Numbered from the stretch's first letter, positions 30,554-41,544 are shown. The stretch: 64,000 nucleotides of DNA from Candidatus Moanibacter sp. (GCA_965215885.1 CBDCEW010000103.1:32001-96000); one strand, 5' to 3'. A program made the numbers and translations. The notes: generated by a model from the letters alone, not told the origin.

Positions 30554-30904
30554 CTAACGCTGATACCAGGGCCGCATCTTCCCCTCCCTCAGGTCGATCC
30601 CGTTCAAGAGCATGCTCAACGCTTCAGGGCGCAATGGAAGCTTCTGATCTTTCAAGTCCACTCCCTGCGGCCAGCTGAACCGACCCTTCTCTAATCGCTT
30701 TGCGAAAACCCATAACCCCGTGCCGTCCCAATACAGAATCTTGACCCGGTCCCGGCTGCGATTGCAGAAGACAAAGTCCGCTCCGCTCAACGGGTCTTCC
30801 TTGAGCTGATTGGCCGCCAGGGCGTAGAGACCATTAAAGCTCTTTCGCAGATCCGTTACTCCCACGGCCAGGAAAACCTTCATCGTTCCCGGTAAGCTCA
30901 GCAT
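30554..30904 (-). CDS. tnpB: IS66 accessory protein TnpB
   Basis: DLRKSFNGL, KILYWDGTG and KRLEKGRF motifs; ATG overlaps the tnpA stop. Confidence 0.92.
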   Translation of the reverse strand: MLSLPGTMKVFLAVGVTDLRKSFNGLYALAANQLKEDPLSGADFVFCNRSRDRVKILYWDGTGLWVFAKRLEKGRFSWPQGVDLKDQKLPLRPEALSMLLNGIDLREGKMRPWYQR

Positions 30905-31263
30905 CCCGATTCCCTCAACGCCTTCACCAGACTCGCCACTTGTTCCACCGCAACACCGCAGTCCACCTCCACCCGTATCGGGTCCCCTAAGACGATCTCG
31001 ATCCGATCCTCCGTGACCGCGCTGCTCTGCACCGTAACTTCGGCAAACCGCGCCCCCGCCGATTTTACCCCGCTGCTTCTGTGCCCGGCCCGGTCCTTGC
31101 GCAGCCATCCCATAAAGGTCATATACTTGATACCGTGCCGCTGGGCAAACGCCCTCTGCGTCTGATTGCTGCGACGGTATGCGCTTATCAGTCGCCTGCG
31201 CTCCTGCCGACTTCGTCGAACGATTCGCTTCGACCGTGTCCGCCCTCTCGTTTTTTCTCCCAT
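30898..31263 (-). CDS. tnpA: IS66 accessory protein TnpA (HTH)
   Basis: SNQTQRAFAQRHGI..TFMGWLRK HTH and FAEV motif. Confidence 0.85.
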   Translation of the reverse strand: MGEKTRGRTRSKRIVRRSRQERRRLISAYRRSNQTQRAFAQRHGIKYMTFMGWLRKDRAGHRSSGVKSAGARFAEVTVQSSAVTEDRIEIVLGDPIRVEVDCGVAVEQVASLVKALRESGC

Positions 31264-31362
31264 CCCATAATCATATCACGGTCGGCATCTTTGCGCTACA
31301 AGGTCGGGGTCGTTCCCTCATCCGTGACCATTCGTAGTACTGCGGAGTCCCGGGCAGAGCGA

Positions 31363-31463
31363 TTAGGAAGGTGTCGGTGCTGGAATCGGCCGTGATCCAC
31401 GAATGCACCCACAATGCAGAAGCGCTCAGCAAAATCGCAAAGCGAAGTCCGACAGATTCCTAG
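31363..31463. mobile_element. MITE family 1 (101 bp) on the lgt stop codon
   Basis: TTAGGAAGGTGTCGG ... AGTCCGACAGATTCCTAG; interior similar to 59518-59617. Confidence 0.85.
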
Positions 31464-32290
31464 CGGCGCCTTGCCGCGAATATCCAGCAGACTCCGATCA
31501 GACCAAGCACGAGTGAATAGAAAGTTCCCCGGCTCAGCCCCATGAGAAGACCGGCCTCATCGGGTTCTCGGAATATCTCGGAAATGATTCTGAGCAGGGC
31601 ATAGGCAACAAAAAATTCCCCAGTGAGCTGACCACTTGGAGGATTGTTGCCTCGCCTACTCCAGAACCGCCACTGAATGTAGACTCCAAGAGCCAAGCCC
31701 TCCAATGAAGCTTCATATAACTGCGAGGGATGGCGCGCCGGAATCTGTTCCCACGGCGTTCCCGGTGGCGCGCTCTGAGGAAATATCACTGCCCATGGAA
31801 CCTCTGTCGTTTTTCCCCACAATTCACCATTTATGAAATTCGCGACCCGGCCGAATAAAATCCCCGGCGGCGCCAGAGTGACGGCGATATCGCCGGTCCA
31901 GAGAAAAGGTGTACCGCTCTTACGAGAAATCAGGTAGACTGCCATGATGCAGCCGAGAAAGCCCCCATGACTCGCCATTCCCCCTTCCCATACGCGGATA
32001 ACGGTGAGCGGATTTCTTACTAAACCGGAGAGATCATACAACAGCATATAGCCTAACCGACCCCCCACTAGAGTCCCAATGGCAAGAGTCAAAATGAACG
32101 ATATCTGCTGATCAGGATCAAAAGGAGAACGCTTTTTCCGGAAATAGAGTGAAAGAAGCCATCCTGCGATCAGAAATCCCGCTACGTAAGAGAGCCCGTA
32201 CCACCGAATGGCCAGATTCTTGTAAATAGAGATAATAACCGGATCCAGATCGTGCACCCAGTATCCCGGCGAGAGTGCGGCTTCTATCAT
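31460..32290 (-). CDS. lgt: Prolipoprotein diacylglyceryl transferase
   Basis: IRWYGL, GGMASHGG, GRVANFINGELWG and HPSQLYE motifs. Confidence 0.95.
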   Translation of the reverse strand: MIEAALSPGYWVHDLDPVIISIYKNLAIRWYGLSYVAGFLIAGWLLSLYFRKKRSPFDPDQQISFILTLAIGTLVGGRLGYMLLYDLSGLVRNPLTVIRVWEGGMASHGGFLGCIMAVYLISRKSGTPFLWTGDIAVTLAPPGILFGRVANFINGELWGKTTEVPWAVIFPQSAPPGTPWEQIPARHPSQLYEASLEGLALGVYIQWRFWSRRGNNPPSGQLTGEFFVAYALLRIISEIFREPDEAGLLMGLSRGTFYSLVLGLIGVCWIFAARRR

Positions 32291-32553
32291 GGCTCTTCCA
32301 CTCGAGCGTATTTGATGAGCGGGTTTGGTTCCCCTTCCACTGCCACTCTGCGGTAGTAAGTGTTTAGCATTATTTGACGCTGCCCCGGTCTTGCGCCGGG
32401 GTGGTGCGCGTTTCTTGCTACACACCGGGTTCCTCTACCGACCCCCTCTCGCCCCAGTCCCGGCGTGCCGGCAGTTGGAAATCGTAGGTTGCTTCTTCGT
32501 TCCTCCTCGCAATGACACAGAATTGAAGCTGAATGAATTGCGTAAGCTGCCTG

Positions 32554-33591
32554 CTAGGTTCCTGCTACCCTCTTTTCCTCTGCCCGATTCCTTGCCAGCT
32601 CGCGCATATCCACCGCAACATCCGTATCCTCGTAGATTTCCCTGCCTAAAATATGTTCCACAATGTCTTCCACCGTCACCACACCCACTGTGGAGCCAAA
32701 CTCGTCAACTACCACGGCGAGCTGTTGATGCGATTTTAGGAAGTGCTGGAGAGCGCCCGCCGCTTTGGATGTTTCCGGGACAAAGGTGACATCACCCATC
32801 AATTCTGCCACTCTTTTCTGATGCTCGTCATCAGCGCGGGCCTGGAGAAGATCCCGCCTGCGCACCTGACCGACAATATTATCGACATTCTCCTCAAAGA
32901 CGGGCAGGCGAGCAAACCATATGTTCTTATCCTCTCTGAATAGCTCGTCGATCGTCAAATCCGCCTCCAGGGCGGTCACGACAGTGCGCGGCGTCATAAT
33001 CTCGCTGATCTGAACGTCGTCAAGGGAGAGAGCGTTAAGTATCATATCTCTTTCGCTCGTCGTAAGCGACCCCTCCTTGGCATGCTTTTCGGCCAGAAGC
33101 TTTATCTCTTCCTCCTGGTCGTCAGCCGGCTCTGCGCTCTCCCGGTCTACCATTAATCGGATCGAGCGCATTGACAGATAGGCCAGCGGGTACATCGCAA
33201 ACCGAACAAACTGCAGGGGGTAAACAAGATGCTTCCGCAGAGTACGGCGATAAATCACACCCATGTTTTTGGGCAGGATCTCCGATAGGAAGAGAATCCC
33301 CAAAACCATAAAGAATGAAATCACGCCGACAAATTCTCCCGCCACATTCGCCGCCACAATAGCTACCCACATGGCCCCTAGGGTGTTTGCGATCGTATTG
33401 AGAGTAAGTATTGCAGAGCTTGTCAGTTCGATGTCTCTCTTATACTTCTCTAATAACACTCCGCGCTTCGGAGTGCTCTTTTTGAGAGCTTCGATTTCAG
33501 CCGCTGTCGTGCTGAGTATAAACGCTTCCAGCAGTGAACAATACCCGGATACACCCAAGGTAAAGCAAACTGGAAGAATAAGCTCCGTCAT
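32554..33591 (-). CDS. CNNM (DUF21)-CBS domain protein (hemolysin/CorB-like)
   Basis: SEILPK, IMTPR and VVDEFG motifs. Confidence 0.9.
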   Translation of the reverse strand: MTELILPVCFTLGVSGYCSLLEAFILSTTAAEIEALKKSTPKRGVLLEKYKRDIELTSSAILTLNTIANTLGAMWVAIVAANVAGEFVGVISFFMVLGILFLSEILPKNMGVIYRRTLRKHLVYPLQFVRFAMYPLAYLSMRSIRLMVDRESAEPADDQEEEIKLLAEKHAKEGSLTTSERDMILNALSLDDVQISEIMTPRTVVTALEADLTIDELFREDKNIWFARLPVFEENVDNIVGQVRRRDLLQARADDEHQKRVAELMGDVTFVPETSKAAGALQHFLKSHQQLAVVVDEFGSTVGVVTVEDIVEHILGREIYEDTDVAVDMRELARNRAEEKRVAGT

Positions 33592-33904
33592 GATGGTGGC
33601 AGCGACTCTGGAAGCGAGCGCTACCGTAATATATCATAGGTAGATTAGATTTTGTTAAAATCATCATACACGGGAAATGACAAGAAAATCTTTATCCAGT
33701 AATGAACCCCCTTCCGAAAACAGTTTGGGATTCAAAGTAAGGACTTGCATTTTACAGACCACTGATCTTCAGTGTCCTCTCCTCAATTTCCCGATCCCAG
33801 CCATATTTTCACGAATCTCGAATGACATCTCCGAGTGAACCCTGGTCGGGCGCTTACAGTTCGTGAAAGACTTTATTTTCCCGGTAATTATTCTAAAGGA
33901 CAGT

Positions 33905-34228
33905 ATGAGCACGTTCAGCATCGCCTACCCCCTACCGGCACTCGCCCAGGCTGAAGGAGGCGGTCCGGGTGGTGGCTTCATTATTATCTTTTATGTCATG
34001 TTATTCGCCGGTCTCTGGTTTCTGCTCCTTGCTCCACAGCGAAAGAAACAGAAGGATCACGAAAAGCTCCTTTCCGCTTTGGGGACAGGCGACAGGATCA
34101 TCACTTCGGGCGGCATTTACGGAGAAATTACGAACGTAAAGGCCGACCGCTTTATCCTCAGGATTGCCGATAACACAAAGATTGAGCTGAGCAAGAGCGC
34201 GGTCCAAAACAAAATCGAAAAACAATAG
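33905..34228 (+). CDS. yajC: Preprotein translocase subunit YajC
   Basis: PQRKKQK..GDRIITSGGIYG motif; upstream of secDF. Confidence 0.93.
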   Translation: MSTFSIAYPLPALAQAEGGGPGGGFIIIFYVMLFAGLWFLLLAPQRKKQKDHEKLLSALGTGDRIITSGGIYGEITNVKADRFILRIADNTKIELSKSAVQNKIEKQ

Positions 34229-34234
34229 CAAGAC

Positions 34235-36844
34235 ATGGCCGGCAGCATTATCTGGAAAGTTGCGTTATCGATCACCGTGTTAGCTTGGGCAATTCTGAAC
34301 ATTATTCCGGTTCAGGACACCCCTTTTGAAGACTACATCCAATCACAGGTAACCACCGATATCGAACGTTTCGAAAGGCTGCATGAGAAGTCCCTGGCGC
34401 GCCTCAATTCGAGTGAGGCCCCCACCTATTTCGTAGCCTTGAAGGAAATCGTGGAAGAAGAGTCGATTGATCTACAGAGCTTCTTTCCCGAAATAGATGC
34501 CAGCGATATCAGAAACCTGAAGAAACGAAACAATATCCTTCTCGATGAGATTCTCGACCGGTCTCAGGGAAAAGTAAAACCCGGCCTCGATCTCAAGGGT
34601 GGGATTTCCTTCACCTTTAAGGTTAAGGAAGAAGCCGAGGAAACTGTAGAGGGTGTAGAAGGGGAGGAAGAGGCTGCACCGAGTCAGGCCCAACGGGATT
34701 TTGCAAGAAGCCAACAACTCGATCAAGCCATCGAGATACTGCGAAAACGAATCGACGGACTCGGCGTCGCGGAACCTGTTATTCGCCTGTTAGGAGAGGA
34801 TCACATCGAAGTGCAGATGCCGGGGATATCCATTGTCGAGAATCCCGATGTAGGCGGTAAGATCGCCGCTCCCGCAAAATTGCAGTTCAGTCTTACCCAC
34901 CGCACCGCCAACCCTGCCGCGCAACTGGAGCCGCCGGTTGGCTACCGTGCAATGATTCAGAAAGTCGAGGACCGCCGCACCGGTGAGATCACGGATCTTC
35001 CTTATTACATTAAGAAAATCCCGGTCATGGAGGGCGACATTATTGAAGACGCTTTCGCTGCACCCACTGAGTTTGGAGGTTACCGGGTTCTGCTCAGATT
35101 CACCTCGGAAGGCGAGGAACGTTTTGCCCAGGTCACGAAGCGAATCGCCGATGAAAACGAGCGTACCCGGACAACAGGTCAACTGGCCATTATTCTGGAT
35201 GGAGATCTCTACAGCGCGCCCACCGTTCGCGAGGAAATCAGGGGGGGCGCCGAAATCACCGGACGTTTCACGCAACGCGAAGCGCTGGAACTGGCCAATG
35301 TTTTAAATAATCCCCTCAAGATCGGTCTCGAGATTGAAGAAATGAATGTTATCGGTCCCTCCCTGGCCGAGGATGCACGGGATGCTTCCTTCTCCGCCTT
35401 CAAAATTGGGGCCGGTTTGGTCATCGTCTTCATGATTGTCTACTACGTGGCCGCAGGAATGGTAGCTGTCATATCAGTATCGATCAATATCATCATTGTC
35501 TTCGGCACGCTCTCCAGCATCGGCGCAACCGTCACCCTTCCCGGCGTAGCCGCTCTCGTTCTTACTCTCGGTATGGCGGTAGACGCCAACATTCTCATCT
35601 TTGAGCGTATACGAGAAGAGCTCAGGGAGGGTAAGCCGCTAACGACAGCCCTCGTGACCGGTTACGAAAAGGCTTTCTCAACCATCGTGGATGCGAACGT
35701 CACCACTCTTATCACGGCATCCATACTTATCTGGTTGGGAACGGGAGCAGTTCGCGGTTTTGGCGTAACCCTCGCAATCGGGATCGTCGCCTCAATGTTC
35801 TGTGCCCTCCTCGTGAGCCGCGTATTGCTCGAGATCCTGATCAATCCCGGTCTCATTAAACGGATGCTGTCAAAGTCCCTTTTGCGGAAATCCGACGTGC
35901 CGTTTCTCAGCTACAGCAAACCCGCTTTCATCGCGTCCTGGTGCATTGTCCTGGTCGGAATTGGTGGAATCGCGATAAACAAGGACAAAATCTTCGGAAT
36001 TGATTTCCTCGGCGGCGAGGAACTTACCTTAAACTTTGCTGAGAGACTCACTTCGCGGGAAATCGAGGCGGTTGCTAAAAATGCGAATCTGGGTGAGGTC
36101 AATACTTTGTATCAGACTACCATTGGACAACATAGGGATACCCTCAAACTTCAGACCGAACAGGATAAAGGCGAAGAGGTGCTGGCTGCCTTAACCGCGA
36201 TGCATCCCGAAGCCAAACTTGAGCTGCTCGGAAAATCGACCATTAGCCCTTCGGTCGGAAAGGAGGTTACCTGGAGCGCCATTTCCTCAATCAGCCTGGC
36301 GCTGCTCGGCATCCTGCTCTATGTGGCTCTGCGTTTCGAAATCGGATATGGGGTAGGAGCTGTCGTTGCCACTTTGCATGACATATTGATGAGTATTGGA
36401 CTCTACGTCCTTTTTGGGAGCTTCGAAATCGGTAGTGGACAATTCACCGCTCCCATGGTGGCGGCGGTCCTCATGATCATCGGGTATTCGCTCAACGACA
36501 CCATTGTCGTTTTTGATCGCATCAGGGAGGAATTGTTACTCAATCCCGGCCATAGACTGCAAGAGATCATCAACCTCTCCGTCAATCGAACCCTCGCGCG
36601 AACAATCCTTACCAGTGTCACCACCCTCCTCGCAACTTTTTCGCTTTACCTCTTTGGGGCCGGCGTAGTCACAGATTTCGCGCTTGTGTTTATTATTGGT
36701 ATCTTTACCGGCACATTCTCTTCTATTTTCATCGCCAGCCCCGTCTTTTATTGGTGGCACAAAGGCGACCGCCGCCATGTCGAGGAGCGCCATGATATCA
36801 TGCCGAAATATGAGTGGGAAACCTCAAAGAAGCCGGCTCGTTGA
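34235..36844 (+). CDS. secDF: Fused protein translocase subunit SecDF
   Basis: GLDLKGG, GMAVDANILIFERIREE, GIDFLGG and GYSLNDTIVVFDRIRE motifs. Confidence 0.95.
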   Translation: MAGSIIWKVALSITVLAWAILNIIPVQDTPFEDYIQSQVTTDIERFERLHEKSLARLNSSEAPTYFVALKEIVEEESIDLQSFFPEIDASDIRNLKKRNNILLDEILDRSQGKVKPGLDLKGGISFTFKVKEEAEETVEGVEGEEEAAPSQAQRDFARSQQLDQAIEILRKRIDGLGVAEPVIRLLGEDHIEVQMPGISIVENPDVGGKIAAPAKLQFSLTHRTANPAAQLEPPVGYRAMIQKVEDRRTGEITDLPYYIKKIPVMEGDIIEDAFAAPTEFGGYRVLLRFTSEGEERFAQVTKRIADENERTRTTGQLAIILDGDLYSAPTVREEIRGGAEITGRFTQREALELANVLNNPLKIGLEIEEMNVIGPSLAEDARDASFSAFKIGAGLVIVFMIVYYVAAGMVAVISVSINIIIVFGTLSSIGATVTLPGVAALVLTLGMAVDANILIFERIREELREGKPLTTALVTGYEKAFSTIVDANVTTLITASILIWLGTGAVRGFGVTLAIGIVASMFCALLVSRVLLEILINPGLIKRMLSKSLLRKSDVPFLSYSKPAFIASWCIVLVGIGGIAINKDKIFGIDFLGGEELTLNFAERLTSREIEAVAKNANLGEVNTLYQTTIGQHRDTLKLQTEQDKGEEVLAALTAMHPEAKLELLGKSTISPSVGKEVTWSAISSISLALLGILLYVALRFEIGYGVGAVVATLHDILMSIGLYVLFGSFEIGSGQFTAPMVAAVLMIIGYSLNDTIVVFDRIREELLLNPGHRLQEIINLSVNRTLARTILTSVTTLLATFSLYLFGAGVVTDFALVFIIGIFTGTFSSIFIASPVFYWWHKGDRRHVEERHDIMPKYEWETSKKPAR

Positions 36845-36850
36845 ACGATC

Positions 36851-38566
36851 ATGCGCTGGAGATACACTCCTCTTCCCTCATCGCAGGTTCATAGACTCGG
36901 CCGACAATTCACCCTCAGTCCAATTGCATCAAGCCTCCTTGCCCGACTCGGCCTAACCGAGCCCGAGGAAGTCAAGACCTTCATCAAGCCCCTCTTACGG
37001 AATCTCTCCGATCCCTTCGAATTGAAGAACCTGGACAGGGCAGTCCATCGTCTACGCCAGGCAATGAATTCTGGGGAAGATATCCTCATCTTTGGTGATT
37101 ATGATGTAGACGGAGTGACGAGTATCGCGCTACTTATCGGTATCCTCCAGCAATTCGGAACCTTTCCCCGCTATATTGTCCCGAAACGGTTAACCGAAGG
37201 CTATGGACTCTCTCGAGTTGCCATTGACCGTGCCATCGAAAAAGGGCGGCCCGGATTACTCATCGCAGTGGATTGCGGCACCAACGCTCATGATGAAGTG
37301 GCCTACCTCAACCAGCAGGGAATCGACGTTATTATTATCGATCATCACACCTCAACGAAAGAGCATGCGCCCGATTGCCTCCTGGTAAATCCCCACCTCT
37401 GCGACAACCGAAATGCCCCCTGGTCGGAACTCTGTAGCGTAGGACTCGTCTTTAAACTGATCCACGGTCTCTTAAAACAGTTGCGGCAGGAAGGCGACGG
37501 CACGGCCTTGGAAATTCAACTTAAGGACTATCTCGACCTTGTTGCCCTCGGAACGATTGCCGACCTGGTCCCCCTTCGGGGGGAGAATCGTATTCTGGCG
37601 AAGGCTGGCCTGAGAAGCCTTCGCAATTCCCGGCGGCCTGGGTTAAATGCTCTCTTTGAAGTGAGCCGAATCAATATTGGTGAGGAGGTCTCACCCTTCG
37701 ACGTCTCATTCAAACTCGGCCCCCGTATTAACGCCAGCGGCCGCCTCGCGGACGCCAGCCTTCCTATCGAAATGCTTTTGAGTAAAGACTGGCGTCACTG
37801 TAATGAAGCCGCCCGCAAATTGGACGATTTTAACAGTGAAAGGCAACATATCGAGAGAAAGATTTCTCTCGAGGCCGAGGAAGTTGTCGCCACCCAACTA
37901 TTGGGCGCCGAGGGATACGTTCTTTACAATAGAGATTGGCATCCCGGAGTTGTAGGGATTGTAGCGAGCCGATTGGTGCAGAAATTCCACCGTCCCAGTA
38001 TCGTTCTGGGAACTGAAGGTGATCTCGCCAAAGGTTCCGGTCGCAGTATTCCCGGTATCAATCTGGTAGACGTGCTCCAGTCTTGCGACAGTTGCCTTTA
38101 CGACTGGGGTGGGCACCCTATGGCAGTGGGACTCTCTCTACTCCCCGATCAGGTACCTCGCTTCCAGGAAAAATTCGACGATGCGATTAAGAGGACCCTC
38201 GGTGGGAGGGTTCCGGAAAAGGAAATCCAAATCGCCTGCTGGATCAGTATCGAAGATGTCAGCAGCAGGCTGCTCGACGAGATGACTATTTTTCAACCGT
38301 TTGGCCAGGGAAATCCCGAACCTGTCTTTGGTCTCCAAGACACTATTTTGAGAAGGCCGACCGAAGTATTCGGGAAGGGTCACTTTCGCTTTCGCCTGGA
38401 TAGCGGCTCCAGCGAACCCATTTCCGGAGTGGCGTGGAAGCAGTCCGGAAATCGCCCTTCCCCCGGTAAACCAATCGATATGGCTCTCAGAATCAACTGG
38501 AACGTTTGGAAGGGCCGCAAATCCATTCAGGCCGAGCTCGTTGACTGGCGCCCCTCTTCCGCTTAG
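36851..38566 (+). CDS. recJ: ssDNA exonuclease RecJ
   Basis: GDYDVDG, VDCG, DHH, GPRINASGR, GSGRS and GGH motifs. Confidence 0.95.
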   Translation: MRWRYTPLPSSQVHRLGRQFTLSPIASSLLARLGLTEPEEVKTFIKPLLRNLSDPFELKNLDRAVHRLRQAMNSGEDILIFGDYDVDGVTSIALLIGILQQFGTFPRYIVPKRLTEGYGLSRVAIDRAIEKGRPGLLIAVDCGTNAHDEVAYLNQQGIDVIIIDHHTSTKEHAPDCLLVNPHLCDNRNAPWSELCSVGLVFKLIHGLLKQLRQEGDGTALEIQLKDYLDLVALGTIADLVPLRGENRILAKAGLRSLRNSRRPGLNALFEVSRINIGEEVSPFDVSFKLGPRINASGRLADASLPIEMLLSKDWRHCNEAARKLDDFNSERQHIERKISLEAEEVVATQLLGAEGYVLYNRDWHPGVVGIVASRLVQKFHRPSIVLGTEGDLAKGSGRSIPGINLVDVLQSCDSCLYDWGGHPMAVGLSLLPDQVPRFQEKFDDAIKRTLGGRVPEKEIQIACWISIEDVSSRLLDEMTIFQPFGQGNPEPVFGLQDTILRRPTEVFGKGHFRFRLDSGSSEPISGVAWKQSGNRPSPGKPIDMALRINWNVWKGRKSIQAELVDWRPSSA

Positions 38567-38660
38567 GAATCTGTCGGCCTTAGCTTTCTGAGTTTGCGGA
38601 AAAAGTCAGCCATCCGGATGTGTTACTGAAGCTTACCAACTGCTACTGCCTCGCTCTCTT
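38563..38660. mobile_element. MITE family 1 (one end intact) on the recJ stop codon
   Basis: TTAGGAATCTGTCGGCCTTAGCTTTCT; distal end eroded, so the end coordinate is approximate. Confidence 0.65.
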
Positions 38661-38762
38661 GTTATACATTTAACAAAAATGTTAAATAAGACCAGATTCT
38701 CAATTAGAATCCCTTACTCTCATATTCGCTGCTGTCTCCAGGAAGCTAAGTCCCACAGGCGA

Positions 38763-40274
38763 TTATCCTGCCAGCTTCTCGTCCAGGGTTTTTATCACTT
38801 CCTCTTCCGGCATTCGCACCTGCTCGGTTGAGTCGCGATCGCGAAGGGTCACCGTCCCGTCTTCGAGTGTGTCGAAATCAATCGTTATACCGAAAGGCGT
38901 CCCGATTTCATCCTGGCGCCGATAGCGGCGCCCGATGGCGCCTGATGCGTCGAAGAACACATTCCAATGCCGTTGGAGCCTTTCAAATATTGCTCTCGCC
39001 CTTTCAACCAGCGGCGGCTTATTCCTCAGGAGAGGAAAGACCGCCGCTTTGTATGGCGCGATGCGCGGGTGCAATCTCAGCACGACGCGCCGTTCCCCAT
39101 CGACTTCATCGACGTCATAGGCGGCGCACATCAGGGCCAGGAACGTCCGGTCGACGCCGAGAGCGGGTTCGATAACGTGGGGAACGTACCGCTCCTTGCG
39201 CTCTTCGTCGAAATACTCAATTGCCTTTCCCGAGTGCTCCCCATGTTGCCTCAGGTCGTAGTCGCCACGCGCCGCGATACCTTCCAGTTCCTGGACGCCA
39301 AACGGATATTTGAACGTGATATCCGTAGTCGCCCGGGAGTAGTGAGAGAGTTTCTCCTGGGGATGCACGTCTTCACCCAACAGCTCTTGAGGTATTCCAA
39401 GTTCCACAAACCAGTTCAGCCGAATGTCTATCCACTCCCGGTGATACTTTGGCCACGCCTCGTCATCCGGGGGAATAAAGTACTCCATCTCCATTGCCTC
39501 GAATTCCCGCGAGCGAAAGATGAAATTTCTCGGCGTGATTTCATTGCGAAATGATTTGCCGATCTGCGCGATGCCGAAGGGTATCTTAACGCGGCTCGTA
39601 TCGACGATGTTCTTGAAATTCACGAATATGCCCTGGGCCGTCTCCGGCCTCAGATAGGCGATCGCGGTCTCATCCCGCAGCGCCCCCACATAGGTTTGAA
39701 ACATCAAATTGAAATCTCGTGGAGGGGTCAGCGACCCGGGCTTTCCAGTAGCGGGTGAAGGGATCAGAGCATACTCTTCGGGGCGAGCTTCGGTATACTC
39801 TTTTAAAATGACATCTTCGAGCTTCCCCTGTTTGGAAAGCTTACGCTTCAGTTCGTTAGCTTTCCCTTCCGCCTCCTCCTGCATTGCGACGGATTCCACA
39901 ACCGATAAATAACCGATTCTCTCTCCCTCGACAACAACGGGAGAGAAAAAGAGCTGGTCCGCACGAAAACGCATTTTCGATTCCCTACAGTCCACCATGG
40001 GATCGGAAAAGATATCGATGTGCCCGGAGGCCTCCCACACTTTAGGGTGCGTGATTATCGAAGAATCCAACCCTACAATATCATCGCGGCGGTGCACCAT
40101 ATCACGCCACCAGGCCGCCTTTATGTTGTTCCGCATCTCGACTCCGAGCGGGCCGTAGTCGAAGAACCCGTTGATCCCTCCGTAAATCTCAGAAGACTGA
40201 AATATAAACCCGCGTCGTCTGCACAATGAGACGATTTCCTCCATCGATGGACTATCCTGCGAGCGCTCCGGCAT
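38763..40274 (-). CDS. glyQS: Glycine--tRNA ligase (homodimeric type)
   Basis: [17 protein letters not shown] and [14 protein letters not shown] motifs. Confidence 0.96.
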   Translation of the reverse strand: MPERSQDSPSMEEIVSLCRRRGFIFQSSEIYGGINGFFDYGPLGVEMRNNIKAAWWRDMVHRRDDIVGLDSSIITHPKVWEASGHIDIFSDPMVDCRESKMRFRADQLFFSPVVVEGERIGYLSVVESVAMQEEAEGKANELKRKLSKQGKLEDVILKEYTEARPEEYALIPSPATGKPGSLTPPRDFNLMFQTYVGALRDETAIAYLRPETAQGIFVNFKNIVDTSRVKIPFGIAQIGKSFRNEITPRNFIFRSREFEAMEMEYFIPPDDEAWPKYHREWIDIRLNWFVELGIPQELLGEDVHPQEKLSHYSRATTDITFKYPFGVQELEGIAARGDYDLRQHGEHSGKAIEYFDEERKERYVPHVIEPALGVDRTFLALMCAAYDVDEVDGERRVVLRLHPRIAPYKAAVFPLLRNKPPLVERARAIFERLQRHWNVFFDASGAIGRRYRRQDEIGTPFGITIDFDTLEDGTVTLRDRDSTEQVRMPEEEVIKTLDEKLAG

Positions 40275-40320
40275 TTTAAGCGCCCAAAGGTTTGGTGCAT
40301 CTTATTCGTGCGTCAAGCAC

Positions 40321-41367
40321 CTATTCAAAACTCAATTCGAGCTGTCTACGCTCCTCTTTTCTCTCCTCCCGAAAGCGAACGCCGGCGCCCAGGAGGCGAA
40401 CTTTCTGGTCGCTTCGCAGGTAGGCTACGCGTAGCAATTCTCTGAATATTCCAAACGATGGTTTCTTGCAGAGACACTCTTTCGTCGTCTGCCGAAAGTC
40501 AGCGAATTTCACTTTTACAAAGGCCTTCACAACGGTGCGATCTGCTGCCTTTTTTTCCAGATCTTCCAATAGTTCAGAATAGAGGCTTTGAAGCGCTTCG
40601 ACACACTCTCCCATGTCTCCAAGATCATCTTCGAACGTGCGTTCGTTGCTCATCGATTTGCGCAAGCGATGCGGCTCTACGGCGCGGTCGTCTCGCCCCC
40701 GGCAGAGATTGTATAATTCCTCTCCAAATTTTCCGAAGTATCGAAACATCTCCGAAAGTGACAATTTCTGAAGCTGCCCACAGCTGTTAATCCCCATTTC
40801 TCTCAGCCTCGCAGTGCTCTTTGGACCAATTCCCCATATCTTACTCGCTGGTAACACTTTCATGAATGAAGATACCTCATCAGGAGTCACCGCGAATTGG
40901 CCGTTCGGCTTGCGCCAATCGCTGGCAATTTTAGCCAGTAGTTTGTTCGGCGCAATACCTGCGGATGCGGTCAGGTCAGTGTTTTCATGAATCTTCCTCC
41001 GAATCTCCTTCGCCACCTCCCAACCATAACGATCCAGAAGAGAGACATCCAAATATGCCTCGTCCAGGGACAGTGGTTCAACAAGCGGAGTGTAACTCAG
41101 AAGGATCTTGCGCATTCGTTCGGACTCCCTGCGATAGAGGCTAAATCGGGGAGACAGGAGTGTCAGGTCGGGACAAAGTTGAAGAGCCTTGAACGTGGGC
41201 ATGGCAGAGGCACATCCGAACTTACGCGCTTCGTAATTGCAGGTAGTCAGCACCCCTCGCCCTGAGCGACCACCTACCGCCACCGGTCTGCCCGTCAGCT
41301 CCGGTCGCTCCCGGACCTCGATTGCTGCGTAAAAGCAGTCCATATCGATATGGATGATTTTTCGCAC
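40321..41367 (-). CDS. dinB: DNA polymerase IV
   Basis: HIDMDCFYA, YEARKFG, SLDEAYLD and AKIASD motifs. Confidence 0.96.
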   Translation of the reverse strand: MRKIIHIDMDCFYAAIEVRERPELTGRPVAVGGRSGRGVLTTCNYEARKFGCASAMPTFKALQLCPDLTLLSPRFSLYRRESERMRKILLSYTPLVEPLSLDEAYLDVSLLDRYGWEVAKEIRRKIHENTDLTASAGIAPNKLLAKIASDWRKPNGQFAVTPDEVSSFMKVLPASKIWGIGPKSTARLREMGINSCGQLQKLSLSEMFRYFGKFGEELYNLCRGRDDRAVEPHRLRKSMSNERTFEDDLGDMGECVEALQSLYSELLEDLEKKAADRTVVKAFVKVKFADFRQTTKECLCKKPSFGIFRELLRVAYLRSDQKVRLLGAGVRFREERKEERRQLELSFE

Positions 41368-41371
41368 CGCT

Positions 41372-41495
41372 CTAGGAATCTGTCAGTCTCATCTTCGTCG
41401 GAATCTCCGTCTCTCACCTGAATATCCGCACCTCAGGGATATTTAGAAAAGCCTGTCCCGAACCTGCCGAGTGGCTTAGTCCGACAGATTCCTAA
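41372..41495. mobile_element. MITE family 1 (124 bp, with a 24-bp nested repeat)
   Basis: CTAGGAATCTGTCAG ... AGTCCGACAGATTCCTAA; aligns to the reverse complement of 55641-55740 plus an insert at 41451-41474. Confidence 0.87.
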
Positions 41496-41544
41496 ACCAA
41501 TGTGCTTGAATCGGACCTGATTTCCAATATCCTTTCTCCCTCTT

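Larger units (their letters stand above)
28937..31314 (-). mobile_element. IS66-family element (probably decayed)
   Basis: tnpA-tnpB-tnpC; one end GTAAACGACCGGTGAAC; CCCTCATC repeated at 28929-28936 and 31315-31322. Confidence 0.88.

Noticed and set aside
33844..33857. GGTCGGGCGCTTAC as a distal IS66 end (composite element carrying lgt)
   Set aside because: No matching TSD follows it; the CCCTCATC repeat already closes the element at about 31314.
41372..41544. glmS ribozyme upstream of glmS
   Set aside because: The region is explained by a MITE, and only about 50 bp remain before the ATG.
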